Shown: positions 25,939 through 35,684 of the stretch, one piece after another
How the letters are laid out: each line of letters begins with the position of its first letter
Numbering within the stretch: position 1 is the stretch's first letter
From: an uncultured Chloroflexia bacterium
GTDB lineage: Bacteria; Chloroflexota; Anaerolineae; CG2-30-64-16
Assembly (NCBI GenBank): GCA_963774265.1
Contig: CAVZDU010000005.1
Location: 160,001 to 224,000 of the forward strand
DNA length: 64,000 nucleotides
Direction of reading: 5' to 3'
Position numbers and translations under genes: made by a program
The notes under the pieces: generated by a model
The model's input: the letters and a program-made list of their open reading frames with translations, nothing else
Told to the model about the DNA's origin: nothing
The model's database searches: none

Positions 25939-27556
25939 TGGACCCTCCCTCGGCCGCGGCCAGGTTGACGATCAGTTCCACTGTGTGGTGTTGCTCATCC
26001 GCGCGGACGTTCATTTCGTCCACCATGTTTTGGATCAGGAACAGGCCCCAGCCGCGCGGCGACTGCAGCCCCTCCAACTTCGCCTCTAGATCCGGCAACT
26101 CGGCCTCAGGGATCGCGGCGCCGCCTCCGTGGTCGGTGACGTCCACCCGCAGCGAACGATCGCCCCTGAACACCGTGATCTGGGCTGGCGTGTCGCGCCG
26201 GTACTTGTTGCCGTGCTCCATCGCGTTCATGGTAGCCTCAGACACGGCGGTCTTGAGCCGGTCTGCCTGAGTGACAGGGAGATCAAAGCCGGCGATCACG
26301 TCCGCGACCCGGTCCATCGCCAGCCGCTCATTGCCCGGCTCGCTTGGGATCTCGAACCTTGCGACCTCACGCCAGCCTTCGCCGTCCTTCTTTGCTTCAG
26401 GGAGGGGGAGCCGTTCGAGCACGACAAAGGTCACGTCGTCCTCCTGTTCCCAGCCGGGACCCGTGAAGTCCGCCAGTGCGCCGCGCAGATGGTCGATCAG
26501 CTCCTGCCCGCTGCCGAGGCTGCACGCCATTTCACGCAGCCGGGGGAAGCCGAACATCTCGCCCTGTGGGTTGTGCGCCTCCACCAGGCCATCGCTGTAG
26601 ACCAGGATGCTCTCGCCCGGTCCCAGCATCGCTTCGGTCTCGTCATAAGCCATGTCAGGCAGCAGGCCGAGCGGCATGCCGGTGGCCCGCAACTCGATCA
26701 CCGCTTCGCGCGTGCACTTGGCAGGTAAGTTGTGCCCGGCATTGGCGAAGATCAGTCGCCCCGTGAGGGGATCCAACACGCCGTAGAGGCAAGTCACAAA
26801 CATGTTCGAGGGGATATCGGGACAGAGCAGGTTGTTGACCCGCTCCAGCACCGCGGCCGGCGATGTGGGATATTGCTCGGCTGCCAGGCGCAGCATCGTG
26901 CGCGCGGTGGCCATCACCAGCGCGGCCGGCACACCCTTGTCGGTGACGTCTGCCTCCACGAAACCCAACTTGCCGCCGGGCAGCTCTATGAAATCGTAAA
27001 AATCGCCGCTGACCGCCAAGGCCGGCTGCCAGTGGGCTGCGATCTGCCAGCCGGGCAGTGCGGGCACGTCCTTCGGCAGCAACGTCTGCTGGATCACGCG
27101 CGCCACCCGGAGCTGCTGCTCCAGCCGCTCACGAGCCTGCGTCTCGACCTGCTGCTGCCGGACGAGTTGGGCCACCCGCACCGCGGGCGCAGCCTGGCTC
27201 GCGAGATCGGCCAACAGCTTGCGGTCATCCGCCGAGTACTCCTGTTCGCTCAGACGGGGACCGAGATTAACCAGCCCAACCAGCTCGCCCTGGCTTACCA
27301 GCGGCAGAACCACGACCGCGCCGTCCGCGCGCAGCCTGTCCAGTGCGGGCGAATCAAGCCGCAGCTTGCTCACCTCGACCGGTCCGGGCGCGCTCTGCAG
27401 ATAGGCGAGCAGCGGGTCGTTCGGCGCGATGTCCAGGTCGAGTCGCGTGACGGCCGTCGCGGGCGCCTTTGGTTGGGCCGGCCGCTCATCGGCAGGCGCA
27501 GCGGTCTGCTCTTTGTCTTGCGTTCGCCGCTGCCAGAGCGACTTGATATTGACCAT
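25931..27556 (-). CDS. Partial GAF + SpoIIE/PP2C phosphatase + RsbW-like HATPase kinase fusion
   Basis: LPLVSQGELVGLVNLG...DDRKLLADLASQAA (GAF C-terminal part); SGDFYD, DVTDKG, YSDGLVE, EDDVT (PP2C); EATMNAMEHG, DHGG, GWGLFLI (kinase); RBS GGGGAGGAGG. Confidence 0.93.
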   Translation of the reverse strand: MVNIKSLWQRRTQDKEQTAAPADERPAQPKAPATAVTRLDLDIAPNDPLLAYLQSAPGPVEVSKLRLDSPALDRLRADGAVVVLPLVSQGELVGLVNLGPRLSEQEYSADDRKLLADLASQAAPAVRVAQLVRQQQVETQARERLEQQLRVARVIQQTLLPKDVPALPGWQIAAHWQPALAVSGDFYDFIELPGGKLGFVEADVTDKGVPAALVMATARTMLRLAAEQYPTSPAAVLERVNNLLCPDIPSNMFVTCLYGVLDPLTGRLIFANAGHNLPAKCTREAVIELRATGMPLGLLPDMAYDETEAMLGPGESILVYSDGLVEAHNPQGEMFGFPRLREMACSLGSGQELIDHLRGALADFTGPGWEQEDDVTFVVLERLPLPEAKKDGEGWREVARFEIPSEPGNERLAMDRVADVIAGFDLPVTQADRLKTAVSEATMNAMEHGNKYRRDTPAQITVFRGDRSLRVDVTDHGGGAAIPEAELPDLEAKLEGLQSPRGWGLFLIQNMVDEMNVRADEQHHTVELIVNLAAAEGGSNA

Positions 27557-27586
27557 CGAACCTCCTCCCCAATCGGGGCATTACCC

Positions 27587-27616
27587 TGTAGAGACGTTGC
27601 ATGCAACGTCTCTACA
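27587..27616. repeat. Perfect 30-bp GTAG-type REP palindrome
   Basis: tgtagagacgttgcatgcaacgtctctaca is its own reverse complement. Confidence 0.9.
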
Positions 27617-27629
27617 AACCTACATCCGT

Positions 27630-27675
27630 AGCATAGCGTCCCCGCGTCCGCCGGGCGTTACGGGAACCGTTACGG
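27630..27675 (-). promoter_or_regulatory. Repeat-operator promoter 1 (phosphatase-STAS operon)
   Basis: Minus strand CGTAACG-n5-CGTAACG-n5-CGGACGC-n8-TATGCT. Confidence 0.75.
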
Positions 27676-27725
27676 CCCCCAAAGACATTTGTTGTATGAA
27701 TGTATCGGATACCTGGCCACCAGGT

Positions 27726-29183
27726 CTATCCGATCCCGATTGACTCACGACCCGTTTCGTTCAGCCACACGCTTACGTCTTCCGGCTGCATCGTCTCCCG
27801 CACGACGCGCGCCAGCTCGCCGGTCAGCGCGTCCAGGTCTGTCTCGTCGCGTGCAACCGTCGCGAACCAGGCGAGCACTTGCTGCGCGTCGTACTTGCGG
27901 CGGAAGAAGCGCCGGTCGACGAAATCCTGCACGCGGCGCCGCAGCGGGCTGAACAGCGCCGCGATCGCCAGGGTCGACGCAACGATGGCGACGGGCGACT
28001 GCGCTCCTGTTGCGCCTCTGAAAAGCTGCTGCAGCACCAGCACGCTGCCGTAGAATGCCAACGCGAGGAGGGACGTGACAACTGCGTAAACCAGCGTGCG
28101 CCGGATGATGACATCGATGTCGAACAAGCGATAGCGCGTGATCGCGACAGCCAGGCAGACGGGCAGCAGGATCAAGAGCCAAAGCATGTCCGCTCCAGCG
28201 CCTGACAGCGTTCCCCGCTGGACGACGATCACCAGCATCAGCATGAAGGGTCCGCCCAACCCCAGGCCCATGCCGAGCGTCATCCAGCGCAGTTGCGCGC
28301 GGGCGATCGGATCGCGCAGTGTCAGCCAGTTGTGAATTAGCGTCCCAAAAATCGACGCGACTGTCAGGGCGATATACAGGCCGAAGCAAACGAATGCCAT
28401 TGACGTCCACAGCGGACTGGCCGTGGTGAGCTCCAGATGGCCGAGAACCAGGGTCGTCAGGATCGCGAAACTGTATAGAACAGCGGGCAACAGGCGCGGG
28501 AAGCGCCGGAGCGGCGCCTTGACCACCGGGAAAGCGAGCGGCAACTGGATTAACGAGGCGAAGAAGAACCAGAACCATGAATAGCCAAAAACGTTGGTAG
28601 CAAGCTGGGCCAAAAATGGAAAGGTCGACTGATAGAGTGATGAGACCGTGAAACCTAGCCACGAGACCGCGAAGTAGTAGGAGAAGATCAGAAACAGGTA
28701 GCGGGCGCCCAGGTTTCCCGGCCGCACGAAGAAGGCATACCCAGCTACCAGCACGATGACCAGCGAGACGATTAGTTCTCGGGGTTCCTCCCTCAGAGAA
28801 TCGAGGATGTTGACCAGCGGCGTGGTGGCGCGAAGTTGAATCAGCGGAACAAGGAGTTCCATGGTCTGCCCGTCCCGCTCGACCGTGTAGCGCACGGTTC
28901 GCCCGACGCGCAGATCGGGTGGAAACGGCGGCGCACCCTCCGGGATCAGACCTTGACCCTCGATGGCCACCACCCGGTCGCCGGGTTGGAGCACCGATGG
29001 CCGGCCCGTCAGGTTCGCTTCGGCGACAAAGGCCCCGAAACGGCCATCGGCCGAGCCATAGCGCCAGCCGTCTTGCGGGAACTGGTACACGTAGAGGCCG
29101 AACGCAATGAAGACCACGAGCCAGCCAACCGATACGGCGAGTGTCAGCCAGGCGCCGGCATCGAAACGGCGTTCATCTCTCAT
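27726..29183 (-). CDS. Membrane sensor-like protein 1: PDZ domain + multi-TM + conserved partial-GAF tail
   Basis: PDZ-like [12 protein letters not shown]...YTVERDG; tail [17 protein letters not shown]...[19 protein letters not shown]...[30 protein letters not shown]; ATG overlaps the upstream TGA. Confidence 0.88.
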   Translation of the reverse strand: MRDERRFDAGAWLTLAVSVGWLVVFIAFGLYVYQFPQDGWRYGSADGRFGAFVAEANLTGRPSVLQPGDRVVAIEGQGLIPEGAPPFPPDLRVGRTVRYTVERDGQTMELLVPLIQLRATTPLVNILDSLREEPRELIVSLVIVLVAGYAFFVRPGNLGARYLFLIFSYYFAVSWLGFTVSSLYQSTFPFLAQLATNVFGYSWFWFFFASLIQLPLAFPVVKAPLRRFPRLLPAVLYSFAILTTLVLGHLELTTASPLWTSMAFVCFGLYIALTVASIFGTLIHNWLTLRDPIARAQLRWMTLGMGLGLGGPFMLMLVIVVQRGTLSGAGADMLWLLILLPVCLAVAITRYRLFDIDVIIRRTLVYAVVTSLLALAFYGSVLVLQQLFRGATGAQSPVAIVASTLAIAALFSPLRRRVQDFVDRRFFRRKYDAQQVLAWFATVARDETDLDALTGELARVVRETMQPEDVSVWLNETGRESIGIG

Positions 29184-30688
29184 CAGTTCACGCCCTTGAC
29201 CTGGTCCAGGACCGCGGCTTCCTCGCGCTCGCGCCGTTCCCACTCGGCCGGCGGCCGGCCCAACGACCGCCACTCGGGCGCCAGCGGCATCACCCCCAGT
29301 TGATCCACGATGCGCCGCGCGGCCAGGCCCAGGATCGCGTTATACGTGGGGTAGGCGATCTGCAGCTCGGCGAGTTGTTCCGCCCACATGTCGGCGGCCA
29401 TCCCTGCCGCGACGATGTGGACGATCTCGAGCGCCTGGTCACCCACCACATGGGCGGCGATCAGCCGGTGCGTCTCCCGCGAGACGATCAGCTTGCAGAA
29501 GCCTTCGGTGCGGCCGTCGATCACCGCGCGATCCATGTCGGCGTACGGGACGGTGGAGATCGCGCAGTCCAGCTGCTTGCGTGCTTCCTCCTCGGACGGG
29601 CCCACGCTGGCATACTCGGGTTCGGTGAAGCCGCCGTGCGGGACGATTCGGGCGGAGGCGTCCTGCCGTTGACCCGCGCCCAACACGGCATTCTCCGCCG
29701 CGAGGCGGGCCTCCGCGCCTGCGGTCTGCACCAGCATGATGCGGCCCGTGATGTCGCCCGCTGCGAAGATGTGCGGCGCGGAGGTGCGCATAGTCTCGTC
29801 CGTCTGTACGTACCGGCCGTCCGTCTGCACCCCCGCAGCGACGAGGTTGAGTGATGCCACGTTGCCGAGCCAGCCGGTCGACATGATGACGGCCCCGGCA
29901 CGCACAACGCGTCCTTCTCCATTGTTGGTGTAGTTTAGCGCCAGTCCATCTGCGGCGCGCTCGATCGATTGGATGCCGCTGATACCTGTGACCACGGTCA
30001 TGCCGCGCCGGGTGAAAGCCGCTGTGATGGCCGCGGAGATGGAGTCGTCTTCGGCGCGCAAGATGCGCGGCGCGACTTCCAGCAAAGTGACCTGTGCGCC
30101 GAAGGCATCGAAGATGCTCGCCAGCTGGCACCCGGTCGCCGCGCCCCCGACCACGGCGATCGAGCGGGGCAGCCGGTCCAGGCGCCAGATGTCGCTGTGG
30201 GTCAGGCTGAGTTCCTCGCCGGGAAAATCCAGCCGGCGGGCGCGGCCACCGGCGCACAGGATGAAACGTCGCGCCTGGACTCGCTGGCCGCTCTCGCCCA
30301 GTTCGATTGTGTGCGGGTCCACGAAGCGGGCTGCACCGGCCGGTGCAAAGACCTGGACGCCGGATGCCTCAAGGTGTGCGGCAAGCTGCTTCTTCTCGTG
30401 CACCTCGTACACGATCTCTTGCGTGCGGGCGAGGAGGCGCTGGAAGTCGAGCTCGGGGTCGGGCAGCGTGATGCCGTACGCGGCGTACTGCCGCGCGTTG
30501 CTCATCAGCCGCGCCGCGTGCGCGAGCACGCGCGTGGGCACGCACCCATCGTTGGTGCAGGTTCCGCCCAACTGCCCCGCCTCGACCAACGCCACGGACG
30601 CGCCCAGCTCGCGCGCCCGCAACGCCGCGGTGACGCCCGCAGGCCCGCCCCCAATCACGCAAATGTCGACCATCTCGCTCATCTCCAC
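29183..30688 (-). CDS. Pyridine nucleotide-disulfide oxidoreductase (dihydrolipoamide dehydrogenase/MerA family)
   Basis: VIGGGPAG, redox disulfide [25 protein letters not shown], dimerisation domain with YPT in place of HPT. Confidence 0.92.
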   Translation of the reverse strand: MEMSEMVDICVIGGGPAGVTAALRARELGASVALVEAGQLGGTCTNDGCVPTRVLAHAARLMSNARQYAAYGITLPDPELDFQRLLARTQEIVYEVHEKKQLAAHLEASGVQVFAPAGAARFVDPHTIELGESGQRVQARRFILCAGGRARRLDFPGEELSLTHSDIWRLDRLPRSIAVVGGAATGCQLASIFDAFGAQVTLLEVAPRILRAEDDSISAAITAAFTRRGMTVVTGISGIQSIERAADGLALNYTNNGEGRVVRAGAVIMSTGWLGNVASLNLVAAGVQTDGRYVQTDETMRTSAPHIFAAGDITGRIMLVQTAGAEARLAAENAVLGAGQRQDASARIVPHGGFTEPEYASVGPSEEEARKQLDCAISTVPYADMDRAVIDGRTEGFCKLIVSRETHRLIAAHVVGDQALEIVHIVAAGMAADMWAEQLAELQIAYPTYNAILGLAARRIVDQLGVMPLAPEWRSLGRPPAEWERREREEAAVLDQVKGVN

Positions 30689-30702
30689 ATCAATCTGCCC
30701 CT

Positions 30703-30736
30703 ACGATAGCCTGCTCGCGTCCGCAAATCGTTACGA
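30703..30736 (-). promoter_or_regulatory. Repeat-operator promoter 2 (oxidoreductase-sensor 1)
   Basis: Minus strand CGTAACG-n5-CGGACGC-n8-TATCGT. Confidence 0.7.
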
Positions 30737-30748
30737 AGTCGGCCCGAA

Positions 30749-31990
30749 TCACGTGCGCTTTCCGTCCGCCGGCCGCAGCCACACATCGGTTTTTGCCGGC
30801 TGGATTGTCTCTTGAACCGCGTGCTCCAGTGCGCCCGATAGGGCGTCCAGGTCGGTTTCCTCGCGGGCGACCTTTGCGAACTGCGCCAACACCCGCTGCG
30901 CGTCATACTTGCGGCGGTAGAAGCGCCGGTCGACGAAGTCCTGCACGCGCCGCCGCAGCGGGCTGAAGAGTGCGGCGATGGCAAGGGTGGAGAGGACGAT
31001 GGCCACGGCCGACGTCTCGCCGGTCGCGCTGCGGAAGACTTGCTGAAGCAAGACGACGACGCCGAAATAGACCAGCGCCAGGAAAGCGGACAGCGCCGCA
31101 TAAACCAGGGTCTTGCGGATGATCAGATCGATGTCGAACAGCCGGTAGCGCAGAATGGCGATGCCAATCGCTACGGGGATGAGCAAAATGGCCAGCGCAA
31201 ACAGCAGATTCACGACATAGCCAACCAGGCCATTATTCAGCCCCTCGAGAGGCAAACCGGGCACATACACCGCGGCGAACAGGCCGCAGGCGTAAAGCAG
31301 CCACTTGATCTGCTGTCGCTCAACAGCAGCTGCCCGGCGATATCGGACGAACAGCGCAGCTACGCTGCCCAACGTCAACACACCGAGGCCAATGGACCAG
31401 GGCACCATGAATAGATTGCTCTCGAGCGGCCCCGAAGGAATGAAGCCGATCGGATTAGCGAAACGCAATTCGCTTTTTGTCGGGTGCTGCATCACGTCTA
31501 CGAACAGCGTCAGGAACGTGAAAACCACACACATCGTGAGGGCGAGATAGATGACCCAGCGCCAACGCGGTGAAGGGGGCCTGCCCGTCGGAAAGAGCAG
31601 CGGGACGAGAAGGATCGAAAAGATGACCGGCAGCCACGACCAGCCAGAGAACCAGAGCGCCATGATCTGGGGAGGGCCGGGCGACGTCGCTTCCGAGATT
31701 TGGGATAGGGATCTATCGGCGAACCACGCCAGCACGGAAGTGACGGCGGGAATCATCAACAACGAACCGAGCGAATTGCGCGGCTGGTTGGAGACGAGCA
31801 GGGCAGCCAGAATCGCAAACTCAATCGGTAGCAGTTTCCACAGCAGGTCACCGGCCTGTTTGATGAGGTTATCCCCCGTGTTTCCCTGGATGGTCCCTTG
31901 GACCAGATCGCTGCCGACGGTGAAAAGTGTGGCGATGACGATGATCGCGGACAGCATCCAGGCCAGGATCGAGCGGGTTCTCGGATTCAC
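30749..31990 (-). CDS. Membrane sensor-like protein 2: multi-TM + partial-GAF tail
   Basis: PRNSLG, LLFPTGRPPSPRWR, ERQQIKW; same tail ending REETDLDALSGALEHAVQETIQPAKTDVWL; GTG 31990 after GAAGGA preferred over ATG 32032. Confidence 0.88.
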   Translation of the reverse strand: MNPRTRSILAWMLSAIIVIATLFTVGSDLVQGTIQGNTGDNLIKQAGDLLWKLLPIEFAILAALLVSNQPRNSLGSLLMIPAVTSVLAWFADRSLSQISEATSPGPPQIMALWFSGWSWLPVIFSILLVPLLFPTGRPPSPRWRWVIYLALTMCVVFTFLTLFVDVMQHPTKSELRFANPIGFIPSGPLESNLFMVPWSIGLGVLTLGSVAALFVRYRRAAAVERQQIKWLLYACGLFAAVYVPGLPLEGLNNGLVGYVVNLLFALAILLIPVAIGIAILRYRLFDIDLIIRKTLVYAALSAFLALVYFGVVVLLQQVFRSATGETSAVAIVLSTLAIAALFSPLRRRVQDFVDRRFYRRKYDAQRVLAQFAKVAREETDLDALSGALEHAVQETIQPAKTDVWLRPADGKRT

Positions 31991-32013
31991 GATTGCGTCC
32001 TTCGTTTGTCCGC

Positions 32014-32633
32014 TTAAGTGTTTCGAAGCCATACATCCACCCTGCCGGGCTGCACGGTCTCCTGCACGACGCGCGCCAGCTCGCCCGTTATGACATCCAG
32101 ATCGGTCTCGTCGCGCGGGTCACGGCGAAGCCGGCCAACACCTGCTGCGCGTCGTACTTGCGGCGATAGAAGCGGCGATCGACGAAGTCCTGCACCCGGC
32201 GGCGCAGGGGGCTAAACAGCGCCGCGATCGTCAGGGTCGAAGCAACGATCGCGACCGGCGACTGCTGCCCACTGATCCCTGTGAAGAGGTTCTGCAGCAG
32301 GACCACGCTGCCGTAGAAGACGAACGCGACATACAGGCGGAACCAATCGCTGGCGCGACGCCAGACGAGCAGGAACAGGATCGCCGACGCCAAGCCGAAG
32401 CCGAGGATGTCACGCACCAGTTGCAGCCAGCCCACCGTATCCGCCGGCCAGCCCAGTTGCGCCAGCCCTGCCTGCGTCTGCTCGAACGTCCAACTATCAT
32501 TCGGCGCGAACTCGCTGAGATGTCCCGGCAGGTACGCTGGGAAGCGGATCGTGCCGACGATCGTGACCGCGATCATCGCCAGGAAGATCCCCATCACTGC
32601 CCACCGCGCGGCGGGCAACGCGAAACGCGTCAT
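32014..32633 (-). pseudogene. Membrane sensor-like protein 3, internally deleted; 1-bp indel near 32118
   Basis: N-terminal TMs are joined directly to [25 protein letters not shown]; the shifted frame completes [33 protein letters not shown]. Confidence 0.7.
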
Positions 32634-32727
32634 TGTGGCACGCTCTTCTTGTGCGTCATTATCGGCTCATGCCTCACTCATACCTCCGTGCGCAATCCAG
32701 ACACCCACCGTGCAGAACCTGGCTGCG

Positions 32728-33684
32728 TCACGGCAGCGTCTTCAGGTACGCCTGGACCGCGCGCAGGTCATCGTCGCTCATGGTCTTGCCGATGTTCTTC
32801 CACGGCATCCCTTCGCCCATCGGGCTCCCGTCGATCCGGCGTCCCTCGCGGAAGACGGCCAGGAACTGGGCCTCGCTCATGCCGGCGGCGAACGGCTTCA
32901 GAGGAGGCCCGGGCGGCACGAAGGAGTTGGGCGGCACGCCGTCCAGTTTGACGCCATGGCAGTCGGCGCAACCGCCGATGGACGACCAGGTATTCGCCGT
33001 ACGCCGCCGTGGGACCGGCCGGCGGCGCGGCCACCGAGCCCACGGGCGCCTGGGCGCTGGTGGGGAACAGGCCCGCGCCCAGGAAGAGCGCGGCCAGGAC
33101 GTTGAGGTTGCGCGCCGGCTGCGGGTTCTCCACCGCGGGCTGCGAGCGCAGGTACGCCACCAGCGCCTGCACATCGGCGTCGCTCAGGTTGCGATAGGCC
33201 TGCGACGGCATGACGACCAGCGCCCGGCCGTCTTGGTCGATCCCCTCGCGGATCGCGCGCACGATCTCGCCGTCCGTCCACCCCGGCAGCGGCCCGCCGG
33301 GCGTCAGGTTGGGTGCGTACATGACGCCAAGAGGCGGCCCGCCCGCGATGAAGTTTTCGATGCCGCCGCTGAGCGGCAGCTCCTGCGCCGGCGCAGTGGC
33401 AGTCGGCGCAGCCCCAGGCCAGCTGTGCGCCGCGCGACGATCTGCTCGGGCGTGCCCGCGACCTGGAGCTCGGCGACCGGGTTTGCGTGGCGCCCTTCCA
33501 GCTTGACGAGACCGATCACGGCCACAACAGCCGCGGCCGCACAGACCAGGGTCAGCAGCCCGGCCAGGATAAGCCCAGGCGCCTTGACCCAAATGCGTCG
33601 CGCGGCCAGCGCCCGGCTGAAGAGCCAGGCGAACAACACGGCGAGCAGGACGATCACCAACAGACTGATGATGTTGCCGAACAT
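32728..33684 (-). CDS. Membrane-anchored di-heme cytochrome c (several frameshifts)
   Basis: Two N-terminal TMs; two CADCH motifs (~33400 and ~32960); APNLTP, WTDGEIVRAIREG, MPW, SDDDLRAV.AYL. Confidence 0.85.
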
Positions 33685-33728
33685 CAGAACCTCCTCACAG
33701 ACTGAATCTCATCGCTCAATGTATCGTC

Positions 33729-33772
33729 ATCATGGCCTGCCGGTGTCCGCGAATCGTTACGGCAACCGTTGC
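33729..33772 (-). promoter_or_regulatory. Repeat-operator promoter 3 (cytochrome c-sensor 3-sensor 2)
   Basis: Minus strand GCAACG-n5-CGTAACG-n5-CGGACAC-n8-CATGAT. Confidence 0.7.
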
Positions 33773-33829
33773 CGCGCCGCGATTCGTTGCATTCTTCCGG
33801 CTCGGGCATCGAGCGCAATGGTGTGCCCG

Positions 33830-35078
33830 TCATTCGTGTGCAATCCAGACACTCACCGTCTTCGGCTGCACCGTTTCTTGCATGGTGCTCAACAGCGCAT
33901 TTGTCAGGGTGGCGAGGTCGGTCTCATCGCGCGCGACCTCCGCAAAGCCGGCCAATACCCGCTGCGCGTCGTACTTGCGGCGGAAGAAGCGACGGTCGAC
34001 GAAGTCCTGCACGCGGCGACGGAGCGGGCTGAATAATGCGGCGATGGCCAGCGTCGAGGCCACGATCGCGACCGGCGATTGCTGGCCGCTGATGCCTGTA
34101 AAGAGCGACTGCAGTATGACAACGCTGCCGTAGAAGACGAGCGCAAGCAAGGCAGTCACTACGGCATAGACTAGTGTGCGGCGGATGATGACATCAATGT
34201 CCCAGAGCCGGTAGCGCAGAATGGCAAATGCAAGTGACAACGGCAGGAAGGCCATCGCAATCAGGCCGAACTCCGTCCCAAATCCGGTGGAGCTGCCAAC
34301 CTGGTCGTTGATGGCGCTCAGCCCAAAGAACAGCGCGAATCCGTAGACAAACCATTTGGTTTGGAGGCGTTCCTGGGACGTGGACACGCGCGCGTAGCGG
34401 TAGATCTGGCAGCCCAGAATGAACGGGAAGACGACGAAGATCACGCCTTGGAGAACGCGGAGCCCCTCCTCCCAAAGGGGAACTGCGGGGGCGATGCCGG
34501 GAAGTGCGACGGCCAGTGGGGCCAACAACTGGCCGGCGAAGTGCATCACCGCATAGATTGCCAGAGGCCAGCGAGCCCAGCGCGGCACGGCCCGACCGTT
34601 CGGGAACAGGAAGAAAAAGAGCACGAACAAGGGCCACGAGATTGCACGGATTTCGATCCAGAAGGGCGGCACCAGCCGCGCCACCTGCATGGGCTCGTAC
34701 AGGGGAAACGCCGCCAGGAAGAGCATGACGTGGGCCGTCAGCCAGGTGAACCAGTGGGCGTGCGCCCGCCATAGCACGATCGCGCCCACCAGCGTGAATG
34801 TCAGGGCGAAGAAGAGCGCGACGGCGGAAGCATAAACGGCGTATGTGGAGGGTGACATGCCGCGCGCGGGCCGCGGCGCCCAGGATTGTCTCGTTGCTGA
34901 CACCGCTGTTGACCCCTACCTGGTAGGGGATGACGGTCAGTGTTCCGGCGCGCCGAACGTAGCCGGGGATGCTCGCCAACCCGAGCGCAAGGCCCAAAAG
35001 GTCCGTGACGATCAGGAACGCGGAGGCGGCACGGAGCCACCAGTTCACATCGCGCCGGCCGTCGTGCCTTGTATGCAT
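33830..35078 (-). CDS. Membrane sensor-like protein 4: multi-TM + partial-GAF tail; frameshift near 34875
   Basis: FLFPNGRAVPRW, QIYRY..ERLQTKW; tail ending RDETDLATLTNALLSTMQETVQPKTVSVWIAHE; RBS GGGGAGGAG. Confidence 0.85.
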
Positions 35079-35191
35079 GCTAGTTCGTTTCTCCTCCCCT
35101 GTCCGGATCATCACGCCGATCTGAATAATTATTGTACTGATATTGTGAACATGATACGGTGAGCCTCACTGCTATCCGGCCCCCTTGTGTG

Positions 35192-35641
35192 TTACCGCCG
35201 CGCCATCAACCATCCCAGCGTGGCGCCGTAGATCAAGTGGGCGGCCGTCCAGCCCCAATCCGGCAGGGCGGCCAGCCCCGCGCCGAGCTCGCTCGCCATG
35301 AGGCCGCGCGAAATGAGGAGGAGGATGATCCCGTACACCAGCCCGGCCAGAACCAGCCGGCTTCCCAGGCGGCGCGCGACCGGCGCAATGAGGAGGCCGA
35401 AGATGGCACCGTAAACGCCCGCGCTGGCAAGATGCGCCAGTGTGCCGGCGAGGGCAGAACCCGTAAACGTGGGATCGAAGCGCGCCAGGACGAAGTCGGC
35501 CTTGAGCCCCGCAAACAGCCCGGCGACGATCAGCACGATCGCCATCATGACGCCCCCAACCACCCCGCGCAGCAAGCCATCCACGGCAGCGTCTGCTACG
35601 CCGGATGGCGACTTGGTCAAGGTTCTTTCGTTTGTCATCAC
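35192..35641 (-). CDS. Small 4-TM hypothetical membrane protein
   Basis: Four hydrophobic helices with two intramembrane His (LAHL, AAHLIYG); RBS GGGAGGG. Confidence 0.75.
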   Translation of the reverse strand: MMTNERTLTKSPSGVADAAVDGLLRGVVGGVMMAIVLIVAGLFAGLKADFVLARFDPTFTGSALAGTLAHLASAGVYGAIFGLLIAPVARRLGSRLVLAGLVYGIILLLISRGLMASELGAGLAALPDWGWTAAHLIYGATLGWLMARR

Positions 35642-35684
35642 TTTACCCTCCCGGCCTTGTAAGTTACAATCAATATCGTCTGTG

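Noticed and set aside
27556-27726. Sensor 1 and the phosphatase as one gene broken by an error
   Set aside because: The gap holds a promoter motif, a REP and a strong RBS, and all four paralogues end at the same position.
29183-30688. Mercuric reductase MerA or true dihydrolipoamide dehydrogenase
   Set aside because: No C-terminal Cys-Cys pair or mer genes; no HPTxxE dyad and no 2-oxoacid dehydrogenase neighbours.
27726-34210. Repeated tails as CRISPR, DGR template/variable repeats or a shufflon
   Set aside because: They are coding paralogous segments; no reverse transcriptase, recombinase, cas genes or evident adenine-specific variation.
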